A stretch of DNA of 63,843 nt, filler included, from Choristocarpus tenellus KU-1152 (GCA_964200185.2; 11 parts of 11 records of this genome joined end to end with filler, not necessarily neighbours in it); one strand, 5' to 3'. Positions 50,944 to 63,490 are shown, counted from the first letter of the whole stretch. A program made the numbers and translations. The notes: generated by a model not told the origin, from the sequence alone.

Positions 50944-52646
50944 CATTAGTTGATGCTGAATAGCAATGCATGTGATTCATTATACTCCCCTGAACTGAAC
51001 AAGGTTACTTTTTTAGTGAGATTCCTCTCCGTTTCAAGTCTTACTACACTGGTGGTGATGAGTGTCTATTAAGTGGGCCTTGGCCCAATTTCCTCTGCAA
51101 CTTCAAAGAAAACTTCGGTTGAGGAGGTGAAGTGGGCTATTAATCTATTAATAGCGTTGACATGGTCACTTGCTGACTACCCTCGGTTCTCCAACCACTA
51201 TCCTCTGATTGGTCGCTTTCTGAACTGGCTCTTTTACCCCTTCAAATATTTACAGAAAGTAATATTTTTTTGTTGGATGATGCAGTGTGTTGGGTGCTAT
51301 CTGCACGTGCTATCATGCTTTGAACCGGTTTAAATCTGAATTTGCATTGCTCTCTTGAAGTGGATGGCAATCTCACATGCCAACACACCCAACAACCTTT
51401 CCGTTCCAAGGGTACTTGTATCCTGAACTGACACTATTCAGTTCTTGGTCCACTTTGTTTGTATTTCCATCACCATCAACCGAATTGGTGTTTAGTTGTT
51501 CTTTATCATTGTCATCTTCATTGGACAGTGTTAAAAAAGAAACTTGCCCATGGATTCCTATTATTGGCTCATGGGCAAACACTCTTTCATTGGTCCAAAT
51601 TTTTAGCTTAGGTGTGAGGCCTTGCCTATTGCTATTACTATGGACAGTGAAAATAGTCACAGCAATTCATTATTGTACCTATCATTGACACTTTCATGAA
51701 CATGGGAGTCCTAGTATAGTATTAAGAATCAAGAGGTTTGGTGAGTATAAATTTCATTGGTTCAAAGGTTCCATACGCACTTGATCAGAATTGAAGTGTG
51801 TGTGTTGGAACAAGAGATGCCAAGCACTCTAATAAAATTGTATCAGTGGGCACATACATGTGAGTGAGGAAACAACCGATAAAATCACTTTTGACTGGTG
51901 TCAATATTGATTTTACTTTGGTTTATTCAATTATAGTGTTTAATTTGCTGAGATTTGAAATGCACCATGGGCCAAAGTAGACGGAGAGGTACTCAAGTAT
52001 CAACTGTTACACATTTAAAGCCAGTTATCAAAATAAATATGTTTTGATGTTCTAACTAAGAGCATTGATTTCTCAAATGTTTGAAAACGTTTCAAAATAA
52101 TTCAGGAAATTTCCGATATGCATTATTAAAAAAAAGATGAAGTTTCAAGATATTCGTCATCCTTATAATGGTGATTTCATACATTTCAGACTAATGACAC
52201 GCATAATTTTACTTTTATTTTAAATGGGGAGTTTGAGAAGAGATGTCACAGAGCGGTGTTGAGAAGCTGCCCATCCTGCCCTACAAGTGTCAACTCCCAA
52301 AAAAAATTTCACAGAAGACAAATACAACCTCACAGACAGGAAAATACACACAAATGAACAAAAAGGTGAGTGTTCGCATCAATAAATTATCCACACCATT
52401 GAAAGACCCTGTCATCTATTTCAAGGAGCACTCATGCCTTCAACAAAACTAGCATAGGTAGAGGCACAGGAGTCGCACATATCTATTTCAAAAACCCCCA
52501 AAATGGAAATAAGATTTCAAGCACACTCTTCTTAACTTCAGTCTCCTAAGAGAAAAAAAAAGCTGTGAACAACCTCTGGTGGAACTTTGAAAGAGGCAGC
52601 ATGCAGAGCAAGAAACATGTTTCAACCTGCCTCCCCCCTGCAAAAT

Positions 52647-53103
52647 CTATTCCGTAACAGGTATTGCTGACTTGTACTTAGATGGGACGGCATCACCATG
52701 CCCCTCGGCCTCCCACGAAGGCGCAGCCCCATTGACGAGAAGAGCTTTGAACTCACAAGTGTCAACATTGTAGTCAAGGACGTTCAGAGAGCAGTTGCCT
52801 TGGCCCATTGACCTTACAGTCATGAGTGGGATCTCCAAGAGTGTCGCCAACATGAACTTTATCATACTTGAGTGAGAGACAGCTAGGACCTGTCCAGAAT
52901 GTGTCGTTGACCCAGGTGTTGGAAAAGTGGGAGGAAAGAGCATGCCTTCAGAACACAAAAAAACTCAAGTTAAGGTTTGGGGAGGGAGGGGGGGGGGGGG
53001 GGGGGGGGGGTTGCGGGGGGGGTGAGTGATTGTTTTCGTAAAGGATTGTGGGGTTGGTTTTTTATTGTNNNNNNNNNNAAGAAAAAAAACCAAAAAAAAA
53101 AAA

Positions 53104-53141
<38 letters not shown>

Positions 53142-55824
53142 GGGGGTGGGGGTTGAGGTTGCCAGGTGGATTGATTTCATTTTCTCATTATGAATTGTAG
53201 GCTGCTCTATTGATCATCCTGCTTTTTATACTCTAGTACTGGAAACATAGATACATTCCCTATCTCTCGTTCTTCTCTCTGCGAACATCGCTTTGATCAT
53301 CCTTCGCCTTACCAACCTTGTCTCTCACACTCTCTTACAATATCCGAACTGGCAGGAGCCTGTCCAAAACATCACAGAATGATAAAATACTAACCATGTC
53401 ACAGCAACGTGATGGACGTCAGGAGCTGTCTTATTGCACTGATAAGAGGTTTTTGCAACCGTGTCAAAACAACACAGTTAAAAAAAACCAGAAACAACAT
53501 GAAGGATTGCTCAAGGTGGAGCTTCACTCTGACACAGGTTCTTGAGTCCTACAAAGATGCCCTGCTCACTCTGAGTAATGTGGTCCTGCCAATTGTAGCA
53601 CTTGAGTTAAGAGTTAAACCCAATTTGCATCACCATACCGGGTTAACAGAGATGCAACGTACTCTGGAGTACTACTTATTGTTTACTATATATTATATTA
53701 TTTTAGTTCCCCTTGTCAAGAAATTGATTACAGTATACAAAGTCAACGTGGAAGAGCATACCAGGCATTTGACCTCAAGTAGCCCAGCAAACATTAAAAA
53801 ACATGGATTTTTCATTCGTGTGCCCTGCCATGAAAGAGCTAAAAAGACATTATTACGCTTGACTTTTGAATGCATCGTTCTCCTTGTTTGTTTTAACTAT
53901 TTGTCACTCCGAGAGTTGGCATTAGGTATGAAACAACAGCGTTGAAGTACAATGCTTCGAGAATAGTCATTGCATAGTCGCATTGAAAGCGGAAATGAAG
54001 CGACTGACCAAGTAGTTCAGGAAGGTATAATTCGCATTCTGCTCTGCAGACATGAAGCCCCTACCCTGTAGCAACGTCTGACATACAGACACACATCCGA
54101 TGGAACAGCATAGAAACATTGCTTCACTTCTCAACAATTTAGCTTACAAAGCTGACTTTATATGAGCTGCATGTATTAAACATACGCTTCAGAAACCCCA
54201 CAAGACACATGGGAACCCACACACTCTACACCCTCCCCCCCGACATGGCACCAACCTGCTGCCCTTCATCACACGCCTTCAGCAACGAAGCCACTGCACC
54301 AGTCACCCTTCTCTTCACCTCTTCCCCACTCTCCCCAGATTTCCCTGCTTGCACCTCATAGTGTTGCATTGACCATGCAAGAAAGGTTGGGGCCAATATT
54401 CCGGCAGCAAGCGGCTTTGGGAGGCCCTCGGCAGTTCCGAAATCTACTTCATTGAGGTCTGCCAGAACTTGTGTGACAGCTGCCGGATGGCTGCACTTAT
54501 CAAGATCACATAGTGGAGGTGTCAGGCAGGGTTTGGAGGAGAGGAATTCTTGTGTTATTGGAGTACTGGGATGCACCACGCCAGAGGAGGGAGGAGAGGG
54601 ATCCACGCAACTTAATCTTCTGTGCTACTGTACTGAGACATTGCATCGATACTATGGGTTCACCTTGACATTACATGATATCATACGAATGATTGTGCTT
54701 CAGAGTATCAGGTTCTTTTCAACATCTTGCGGTGGTGCTTAGACAAGGATTATGCTAGGCCAACAGTAGTGAGTGGTATGAAATATTCGTTCGTGGCAGT
54801 CACAAACAACCACTCGACGGACACGTACCTACGTCGCACGATCTCAGCTGTCTCTTGAGCACGCTGCAGGGGACTGCTCAGGATGCACTGTAAATCTACA
54901 CCAATTAGGAGGTGCTGGGCCTGGTCGCGACCTGTTGCATTCAACGGTGGATTCAGCCGGCGCCCTTGACAAATTTTGATAGAGTTGTAGTCTGTCTGTT
55001 GATGTCAGAGAAATGAAATGGAGAGGGGGTTTAATGGTTTTAGGAGGAGGAATCAACAGGAACAAATAGCCTCAGACAAGGAATGAATAGGATGGGGCTT
55101 GGACTAGGCAATACTGCACGGACCGCACATACCGCTTCCCTTCACTATATTAGAGCACTGTAATCATTTTACCCATGACACTTAAGAAAGGCATTGGCCC
55201 CAAGCAATCTGAGCATCGAAAGCGTGAAGCAGATGTCAGAAATAGGTGCAGATCAAAGAGCAGTATCAACAAACACGTCCAGTACAGAGAGGGATTCCTA
55301 TACTTCACGTATCTGGCAAGTATGATGGCATGTATATAACCACACGCAAACCAGAAAGGGACATGCAATCGAAGACAGTAAAGCTCTGCTGAGGTTCTAG
55401 TTGTCGTAAATTACAGCATCAGAACGCACGTTCATTCTTTGAGTAACACGGTTGAGGCAGTCTCAATTCGAATCACCTCAGGTATCGAAATATTGATCGT
55501 AGCAACCGAGGGTTAGACCCACACAATCTTCAGCCGTATCTACTCGAATCGGGTTGCGACTTACTTGGCCATGTCGACACAAGAAGATGCGCTTGCAGCC
55601 CTCTCCTGGTGGTTTCAGCCCCTTGACAATGACGTCTATAGTCCCCTTAATCCCACTATCATTTTTTGGTGTTTCTCTAGCAAGAGCAGTCCGCGATGTG
55701 GAGTGTAAGGCTCCCGCACCAATGCCCCACAGCGTCATCAATGCCAACTTACGCCTTGAAAGGGGGCGTGGGGCTTCAGGATCTGCCCTTGGACCCTCTT
55801 CGTCGGTTCTTTCATTCCGAATAG
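52647..55824 (-). CDS. Histidine phosphatase (phosphoglycerate mutase-like) family protein; 5' end lost in the gap
   Basis: Exons <55824-55565, 54995-54829, ~54616-54256 and 52889-52647. Motifs RIFLCRHGQTDYN...QG...PLNATGRDQA, SSPLQRAQETA, LNEVDFG, GESGEEVKRRV, VLAVSHS and NCSLN. Confidence 0.9.
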
Positions 55825-56349
55825 NNNNNNNNNNNNNNNNNNNNNNNNNNNNNNNNNNNNNNNNNNNNTTAATTAATTAANNNNNNNNNNNNNNNNNNNN
55901 NNNNNNNNNNNNNNNNNNNNNNNNAGCGTCGTTTGAGGTCGTTGGATTTGAGTTGTACATCCTGGAAGGTGAGCATTGAGGGGCGCCTGTAACATAAATG
56001 TAACACATACGAAAGAAAAAAACTCAAATACAGGATACATTTTTGTATCACAAACAAGCTGAGCATAAATAGCATGTCTTAGTATACCCCATATACATCA
56101 GGACCAGAACCAATATCAAAGTTCAATACCTTCCTACAGTACTTCAGGAAAATAAAATGATTGAAGCGACTAAGAAACTGAGAAAGATAACAAACGAAGT
56201 GAAAATAGACCAAAACACGTTCACAAGACCATTTCAGGTGACATATGACTGGACCACACAGCATTTACTGCCCTGTTGTTAACGGTTCTTTTTTCCGCTA
56301 TCGAATTTCTATTAGAATAATGATCACCTGTTCATGCTCAACATCTTTT

Positions 56350-56900
56350 TTTTACACTTCCCTGTGCGCACCACTCTTTTTGCATGCCTGAATCTTTGCT
56401 AGCAATGGAGTCTCACTCCCACCGCCTTTGGACCATGCCCTTTTGCTCTAGGCTATATACAAATAGAGGTTCAACATGTCTAGGGTCACAGGTTTGCACT
56501 TTCGTACAACTTAACTTCCAACTTTCATCTGAGTTCTGCTCTGGAGTTTGTACTCAAAGGCAGAGGTTTCATTTTCCTATTCTTTCTGGGCTGGCTGGAT
56601 GTGCAGAAAGCGTTACACGCAAAAAATATATTTCTGGGTTGAGTCGTCCAGTGAATCAGTCATGTAATCCTAGAAGGGGGTCGACTTCTATCCCTTCAAG
56701 TATAAGGGGCTTATAAAATCTTTTGCCACTCTCCCCATCATGCTTGACATGTAGCTATCCCTCATCAGGAGACAGTGGCTGCAGAAGAGGAGATATACGT
56801 TTGTGCACGCAAGGTATCAAATCGCTCTCCAGAGTGGTAGGAATATCGAGGTTAGGGTCAGGTTCCTTACTCTCAACAGTACCCCACTCCAGGATACTAC
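56350..56900 (-). mobile_element. Degenerate L1/Tx1-like LINE RT remnant
   Basis: KRISPLLQPL... and VQTCDP..EPLFVYSLE (like GVxQGDPLSPxLFxxxLE). Confidence 0.3.
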
Positions 56901-57243
56901 TGCTGAGTTAGTTCAAAAATATATGTTCTTGAGGAGGAAAATTCCGTGTGTGGGATGGTGATGATTGGATTCTTGTCGTACACTGTGGGGCCGAAATAAA
57001 TTTACTCCCAAGTACTTACAAATGCCATAATCCGTACACATACTGTGGAGAGGAGATAATAAATAAAAAATGAAAGATGTTCATAGGTCTCATTTCTCCT
57101 CCACGAGGTGGACGGCTTGATTCGTGCCATAAAATCGTACATCCCCTTTTATCCGTAAGGACAACGTTTTGTACCTTGTGGTTCTAGTCATCAATTAAAC
57201 TCTCAAGGTTATGTATGGCTAATCGAAGTTATTTCAATTGAAA

Positions 57244-57425
57244 GGCTCAAAGTATCTGGGGGGGGGAGGGTGACGACTGTCCATTTGGGGTCAAGTCTTT
57301 CATGTCGCGATTTTGTGTTATTTGGTTACATACATCGGATGGATAAGGTAAGTGCACTTTTCCCAGTCATGACCCAAATGGACACCCTGGTGTAGACCCT
57401 TCCCCCCCCCCAGATACTTTGGGTC
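57244..57425. mobile_element. MITE family A, full copy
   Basis: GGCTCAAAGTATCTGGGG...CCCCAGATACTTTGGGTC, flanked by AAA/AAA (3-bp TSD). Confidence 0.9.
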
Positions 57426-57740
57426 AAAACTATGTGTAATGCGGGAGATTTCGGATGGTTTCAAAGGTTGGAGTTGCAGTAAATCACATGCATCGTCCAA
57501 CCTTTGACCTTCGAATCCTGCTTCGAATGATTAGAAAAATACCATACTTCGATTATGGATAATAGGAGTTATGGAGGGTTTTAGATAATGACTATAGTCG
57601 TTTCGGTAAATGTGGACTTTTTTTCTGGGCGGGTCACCTACTAAAAACCAATGGAATTCTCGATTAATGTTTACTAGCAAATCAGATATGGGCGAAGTGA
57701 TACATTTTTTACACCTACTGCTAATGGTTTAAGATATTTC

Positions 57741-57830
57741 TTTATTATTATGCCCTTTGACATTTTGCAGATGTGTCAGGGGGAAAATTAATGAAAACTA
57801 TTCACATGTCAGAAAAATCCCTAAAGAAGT
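57741..57830 (-). mobile_element. Very short 5'-truncated LINE 3' end
   Basis: TTTATTATTATGCCCTTTGACATTTTGCAGATGTGTCAGGGGGAAA, near-identical to 43804-43850. Confidence 0.7.
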
Positions 57831-58339
57831 ATCAGAAAGTCATTCATATATTGTTTGCTGTTCTCTTTACAAAGTCATATTGCTCTGCTGATCAAATAAT
57901 CACAATCCTGTCATATTTTAATCGCTGTTTGTTCTGAGCATGGAATATTTTAACGAGGTCATGTTCCAGTAGTAATCCTTGTAATATAGTGAGATTTGTT
58001 TCTCCAAAACGTGAGAAGGGCAAAATGATATACTCAGTATATCTTATCTATTACTATTACCGTAATTTTCGAGGATTTTCACTTGGCCAGCAAATCAAAA
58101 AGTTCCATCCACCACCTTGGTGGGTCCCACGATTGTTTAACATGCCCCAGTCCATGTCCACTAGGTATTGAACCAGTCCATGTTCGCTGGCTGGACTGGG
58201 TCGAACATTTTCTGACATGTCCGGACCATGTCCACTGGATATTGTCCCGGTCCATGTCCACTAACTAACCAGTCTAACTTTTTTCCTTGCATGCCCTGGC
58301 CATGGTCGTCGACCAGTTCAATTTTTTTCTGTCGTGTCC

Positions 58340-58516
58340 GAGTGAAACTATCTTAGAGGGTACGAGTTTTGCCCTGGTTTTCCATTTGGGGCTTAGCTTC
58401 CCACGGGATTTTAATTAATATTTTCCTGCTCCAAAATGTTTCGGAGTAGGTAGAATGTACACGTTATGAAAAAGGTGTGTCCGGAACAAGGATATTGACA
58501 CTTCCAAACAAACATG
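58340..58516. mobile_element. MITE family B, partial, reverse (another partial at 58939-59045)
   Basis: GAGTGAAACTATCTTAGAGGGTACGAG...; 58939-59045 ends ...CTACCCTCTAAGATACTTTGGCTC. Confidence 0.8.
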
Positions 58517-59129
58517 TTAAAGAAACTGGTGTTCCCAAGACTTGTGTGTGTAAATAACTCGATTATTTCCTCATTATGTAGAACAGNNNNNNNNNNNNNN
58601 NNNNNNNNNNNNNNNNNNNNNNNNNNNNNNTTAATTAATTAANNNNNNNNNNNNNNNNNNNNNNNNNNNNNNNNNNNNNNNNNNNNCCCATCACTGTCTC
58701 GGGTATTGGGAACCTGCACCTCCCAGCACATCAGCAAGCTCTCTTCACAGGATTGCTGCAACACCCCCCATCCAGGCCTTCATGCTCCACATTCACCGTT
58801 CTGCTGGTGCCTGGACTTGGTCATCACTTGTACTCTGCATGTGCTGCGGCGACTACTGGATGGATCACCGTGATATCCCATCAACCCCACCTCATCAATG
58901 GAAAGACCCGCATACCACTACGAACTCTGGGTTCTCTATATTGACACTTCCTAACAAACACAATAGCCAAACTTTCATCAAAATCACAACATTGTATTTT
59001 GACACCCAAATGGACGCGGCTCTACCCTCTAAGATACTTTGGCTCTGTACTACCTGGACTTCTCTGCCATGCATTCGATTCAGGTTTCTACAATTCTCCC
59101 TTCACCCGCTGTGACCAGACTTCCCCAAA

Positions 59130-59912
59130 GACTTGGTCATGGTGGTACAACCTGGTGATGGACTCATTGCTCTCTTCCTGCTTTCCCGAGGCAGCAGAGA
59201 CTGCAGAGCAGTGCTCCGCATCTTTTCAAGATCCTACCACGTTTGTGTGGTATGCTTTCAATGCACCTTCTCTCAGCATCAGCATCACGGCCCTGTGATC
59301 CATTTCGCGATTTGCTTATGCTGCTGCGCCACACTTCTCAAACTTTCTCGTCACCTAACATCACACTGAGTGTCACACGGTACATGCTTTTCCGTCGCCT
59401 CTCGACAGACAAGGTGCTGAGGGTAGATCTAGGGGGCAGAGTGGCCTCGGCGGCTCTCCTTGTCTCACCGTCATGGTTCATGTTGCTGTGTGGCTCATGT
59501 ATGTGCGTGCTCACAGAAAGTCTGTAAAAAGCTTAAAAAATATGTCCCGATAATTGTCTGAAAATCTTGGGTTTTTTGTCTGCTTTTTTTTTCGGTACAG
59601 CCCCACCGGCCAATCTTGGGCATAGACCTACCCCGGACCAGTTTTCTGGAAGGAGTTCAGCCAACCACTTCATTTTAACCCGATTATAAGTCGTGACCTT
59701 CAAAATTGAGCCGGAGATGTTCCCCCGCGTTTTGAACTTATTTCATCGGGACATACCTCCCATTCCCCCGAAGCCTGTGCATTCGCGGAGACAAATCTTC
59801 AAAAGCTCTTGTTATACCCTTTCATTATATATAATTATTGTTGTATATCTGTTGGGGCTACGCGGTGAAAACAAGTAGAAAAGCCACAGAGGGCGAAACT
59901 ACTGATACCACT
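59130..59912 (-). mobile_element. Second partial copy of the IS630/Tc1-like element
   Basis: Collinear with 33060-33790, including the TIR (GCCACAGAGGGCGAAACTACTGATACCACT). Confidence 0.75.
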
Positions 59913-61340
59913 TTTCAAAAATGTTATTTGAAGAAATCTTTTTTGACGAAGGATTCTTTCAAAACTGAAACGACTTTTCACATAGCACAACTCTTCTTTG
60001 GGTGAGAATGATAACAATGTTGACAATCATTGTATTGAGTTTTATCTGGAATCGGATTTAATTTTTTTGTCGACTTCTTCTGTATTTCGAACATTATTCG
60101 ATTTCCTTACCTGAATATGTTTCCTTCGAATACGTATTGTGAACACCTTAGAGGATTAGATGGATATTTAAAACCTTGTTGAGCAACCTCACCAACCCCC
60201 CTCACTCCAACATAAACCTCTTCTGACCACAAAACCCTTCTGAGCCACCAATTGCCACGAACAGGATGAGAAAATATCGCATGGCCATGGGTTGTACCTA
60301 GCTTTGTTTTTCCACGTGTGTTTTGGTCCAGTAGAACACAGTATACTTTCTGTTCCACATCCCCCTCTCTATTTTGTCCGTTGTACTTCTGTTCCATCAA
60401 TCTGTCTCCTCCCTAAGCCATACCTTGAACTGGTCAGTCACAACATCTGATGCTGCTCATTGTGTGTGCCCCACGCCTCCCCCACCAAAATCGCATTGCT
60501 TCTTTAGCCAGGAAGATCATGACAGAGACTGTTGATCTCAACGAAGGAAACGAGATGCAATGCCTATGGCGACGATCCTGGACAGGACAATTAGTCCAAC
60601 CGACTGAAGTATGGATGATGCCAAGCGTACTGGTCCTTATCGCAGTGTTGATGACAAGCTCCATTCAGCCTCCCTTGGCAATTTCGTCGTGAAGAGCCTG
60701 GGCACCATACTTGTCACCTTGGTAAGATCAATCAACCAGAATGGTGTGAGCGCCACTGCAAAGTCCATTGAAGAGAAGGTTCCCCTTGGGCACTGCGCCG
60801 TATCTGTCATACTTGATTCGCTCCTGTCCCAACAGAGAAACTGTCCTCCGACTGACTCAACGAGAAGACAGTCCGCGTTTTGGATGGATTCCACAAGATC
60901 TCTCCTATCAACTTGTACGCTTTCTATTCTTGTGTAAACGTAGATTATGTAAGAAACAAAATCGGCTGTTGGATGAGAAAAATTTTGTATTCTGAAGGAT
61001 GGGAGGTAGTATGAGTAAATGGACTACAACATTGAAGAGTTCAGGAAGTCTGGTGGAAGAAATTCCCTCCTTGGACTTGAAGATTCACTCCTCCTCCTTT
61101 CTCCCTCCTTAACTTCATCAGCAACCTGTCCAATGTTAAAGTATCCCCAAAATCATCAAAGAGGGTAAAGGGGATAAGCCCAGAAAGATTGCTTGGTGTC
61201 TGTAGAGTGATTGATTAAATTTAGGTGGGGCATGCAAGTCNNNNNNNNNNNNNNNNNNNNNNNNNNNNNNNNNNNNNNNNNNNNTTAATTAATTAANNNN
61301 NNNNNNNNNNNNNNNNNNNNNNNNNNNNNNNNNNNNNNNN

Positions 61341-61411
61341 CCCAAAAATCGTGACATGAAAAAATTGACCCCAATTGGACAGCCGCTACCCCCTCCCAGA
61401 TACTTTGAGCC
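61341..61411. mobile_element. MITE family A right end, inside a MAPK intron at the contig start
   Basis: ...GACCCCAATTGGACAGCCGCTACCCCCTCCCAGATACTTTGAGCC. Confidence 0.8.
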
Positions 61412-61473
61412 ATAACCAACAGAGAATAACTACAATGCTGACATGAACTTGGGGATCCTTTTGGTGATCTGAC

Positions 61474-63253
61474 CTGATTCATTGTGGATGTTCCGGGGAA
61501 TGTTGGCCTACCACTCAGCATCTCTCCCAGAATACACCCAACTGCCCATATGTCCACTCCTTTGGTATATCGAGGAGATCCAAGGAGAATCTCAGGAGCA
61601 CGATACCATCGTGTAGCAACATAGTCTGTCAGGTGAGGTTGTGGGCCCGCCGTCTCAGCAATATTTCGACAGAGACCAAAATCACACAGTTTGACATGGC
61701 AGTCACTGTTAAGAAGCAAGTTACTCGGCTTGATATCCCGGTGTAAGAGATCCGCTGAGTGCATGAACTTGAGCGCCTTCACCAGTTGGTAGATGATGTA
61801 CTTCTTATGAATTTCCTCTAAGATGTTGGCACGGATCACTGCATGGAGGTCAGTCTCTGAAAATGCAAAAAAATCAACAGCAGGGCCAGATTAAGTTCCT
61901 GTAGTATAGTACAGCAGTGGCCAATCAAAACTGTAATTTTTTGTTGTCCAAGACGAGCTCAGTGCTGCTAACGAGTGATGTGTGTGAGGCCCAACATGAA
62001 GTACAAAGCATGTCTTATGTTCTTATCGGGATAGGTAGTAGAGCCTTACAGTAGGACAGGATGGTCTTTGATGTAAGATATAAAACACATGAGTATTAAC
62101 AAAGATGAACGGGGATTCTATTGTGTCATTGTATTACCCCTCAAAAAAGTAGAAAAGTTGGCGGGAATATGTTAATAAAAGCAAAACGATTGAAGCAGAT
62201 CGATATAGCTCTAGTGTTAGGTGGTTGTTTCATTAGGCTTTCAACCTAGAAGGGTATTACTATCTTCACTACTGTTCCAATTCTACTTATATACTGTAGT
62301 TGTCCCTCTGGTGGACCACCTCTACAGAATGGGTGTTGCAAACCCAAGATGTTCCACTTATGGTAAAGCGTCCTATTGTCAATATATCAATAGCAAAGCG
62401 TATGATATTGAGAGGTCATCATTGTAAGCTCACATTTCCAATGACATCTAGGCTACTGTTGTAATAGTTGGTCGTGGCTTGTCTTCTTGGTGGTCGAGGG
62501 CCATTCTTGCCAGCCCAACGTGAGGAAAGTTCAAGGCATCCTGGCTTCAACAATGAATTCCTGGCTCGAGATTGACTTCGTGACTTCCTGACTTCACTCG
62601 CACAAAAACACTCTGAACGGACCTTAAGATCTTCAACCCAAGCTCACATATAATGAAGTGTGTGCCCCCAGCCAAGGGACAAGAACAATGGAAGGGAATT
62701 AGATAGATTCATCCACGTTATGAAGTCTTGAGATTCCCGCTCTCACCCATGTGATCGAACGTGAGGTAGATGTCACGCCCATTTTCTGCTTTGACGACGT
62801 GACGCAAACGAATCAAATTATCGTGCCCTGCGAGAGCCTGTAGATACATGACCTCCCTAAACGTTCTCTGCGCATCCGTTGCATTACGGAATGCGTCGAA
62901 GCACTTCTTCAATGCTACCACCTGACGAGTCCGCTTTTCGACGGCCTTCCAAACAATGCCATACGCCTGCCGGTGCAGAGACAGTTTTCGGCAACCACTA
63001 CTCAGGCGATGACTTTTTGATGAATGTGGAATTAGATTGCTATTCATAGGTGTATTTAGTTGTAGTCCGTCACGTCCGACGGCGAGGAAATCGTATGGAA
63101 GACCTTGAGGCGCTGTCGAAGATTACCTTACAGCCCTCGAGATACTCTTACAATAGCATTTGTCTCAGAGTGAACCTCGTGGCTTACCCCTTTACCGAGC
63201 TTCTGACATATCTCGAACCTTCGCAACACGTGGTGATCGACCTCTTCACTCAT
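61474..63253 (-). CDS. MAPK15: Mitogen-activated protein kinase, ERK7/8 (MAPK15) subfamily, first three exons
   Basis: Exons 63253-63188, 62966-62747 and 61856-61474 splice in frame: [30 protein letters not shown]...[19 protein letters not shown]...[13 protein letters not shown]...HRDIKPSN...DFG...[14 protein letters not shown]. [15 protein letters not shown] is diagnostic for the subfamily. Confidence 0.93.
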
Positions 63254-63490
63254 CCCCTCGAGGGTGAGGTGTTTGTTGTACAATCGTGTGGCATTGGTGG
63301 GAGTTGAGAGAGGAGATGCTCCACAATACCGTTACACACTCTCTACAAAAAAGAGGTAAATTTTTCTTCGTAATTATTCAACTTTTAATAGTTAATACAT
63401 GATTATCACCACTAAATAGTATAGTTGATGTACTTAAGAGAGGGTATAAGCAAGCAAAAAACCCCTCTCTTATATCTTGATCCTCTCCTA

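Noticed and set aside
53409-53945. 178-aa ORF and most other listed short ORFs
   Set aside because: Antisense within an intron or inside TE debris, with no recognisable motifs; consistent with chance ORFs.
57509-57530. TTCGAATCCTGC as a tRNA T-arm
   Set aside because: No pairing stem or other arms.
60510-60780. Candidate plus-strand exon (MDDAKRTGPYRSVDDKL...)
   Set aside because: In-frame stop just upstream, no consistent acceptor and no recognisable family.
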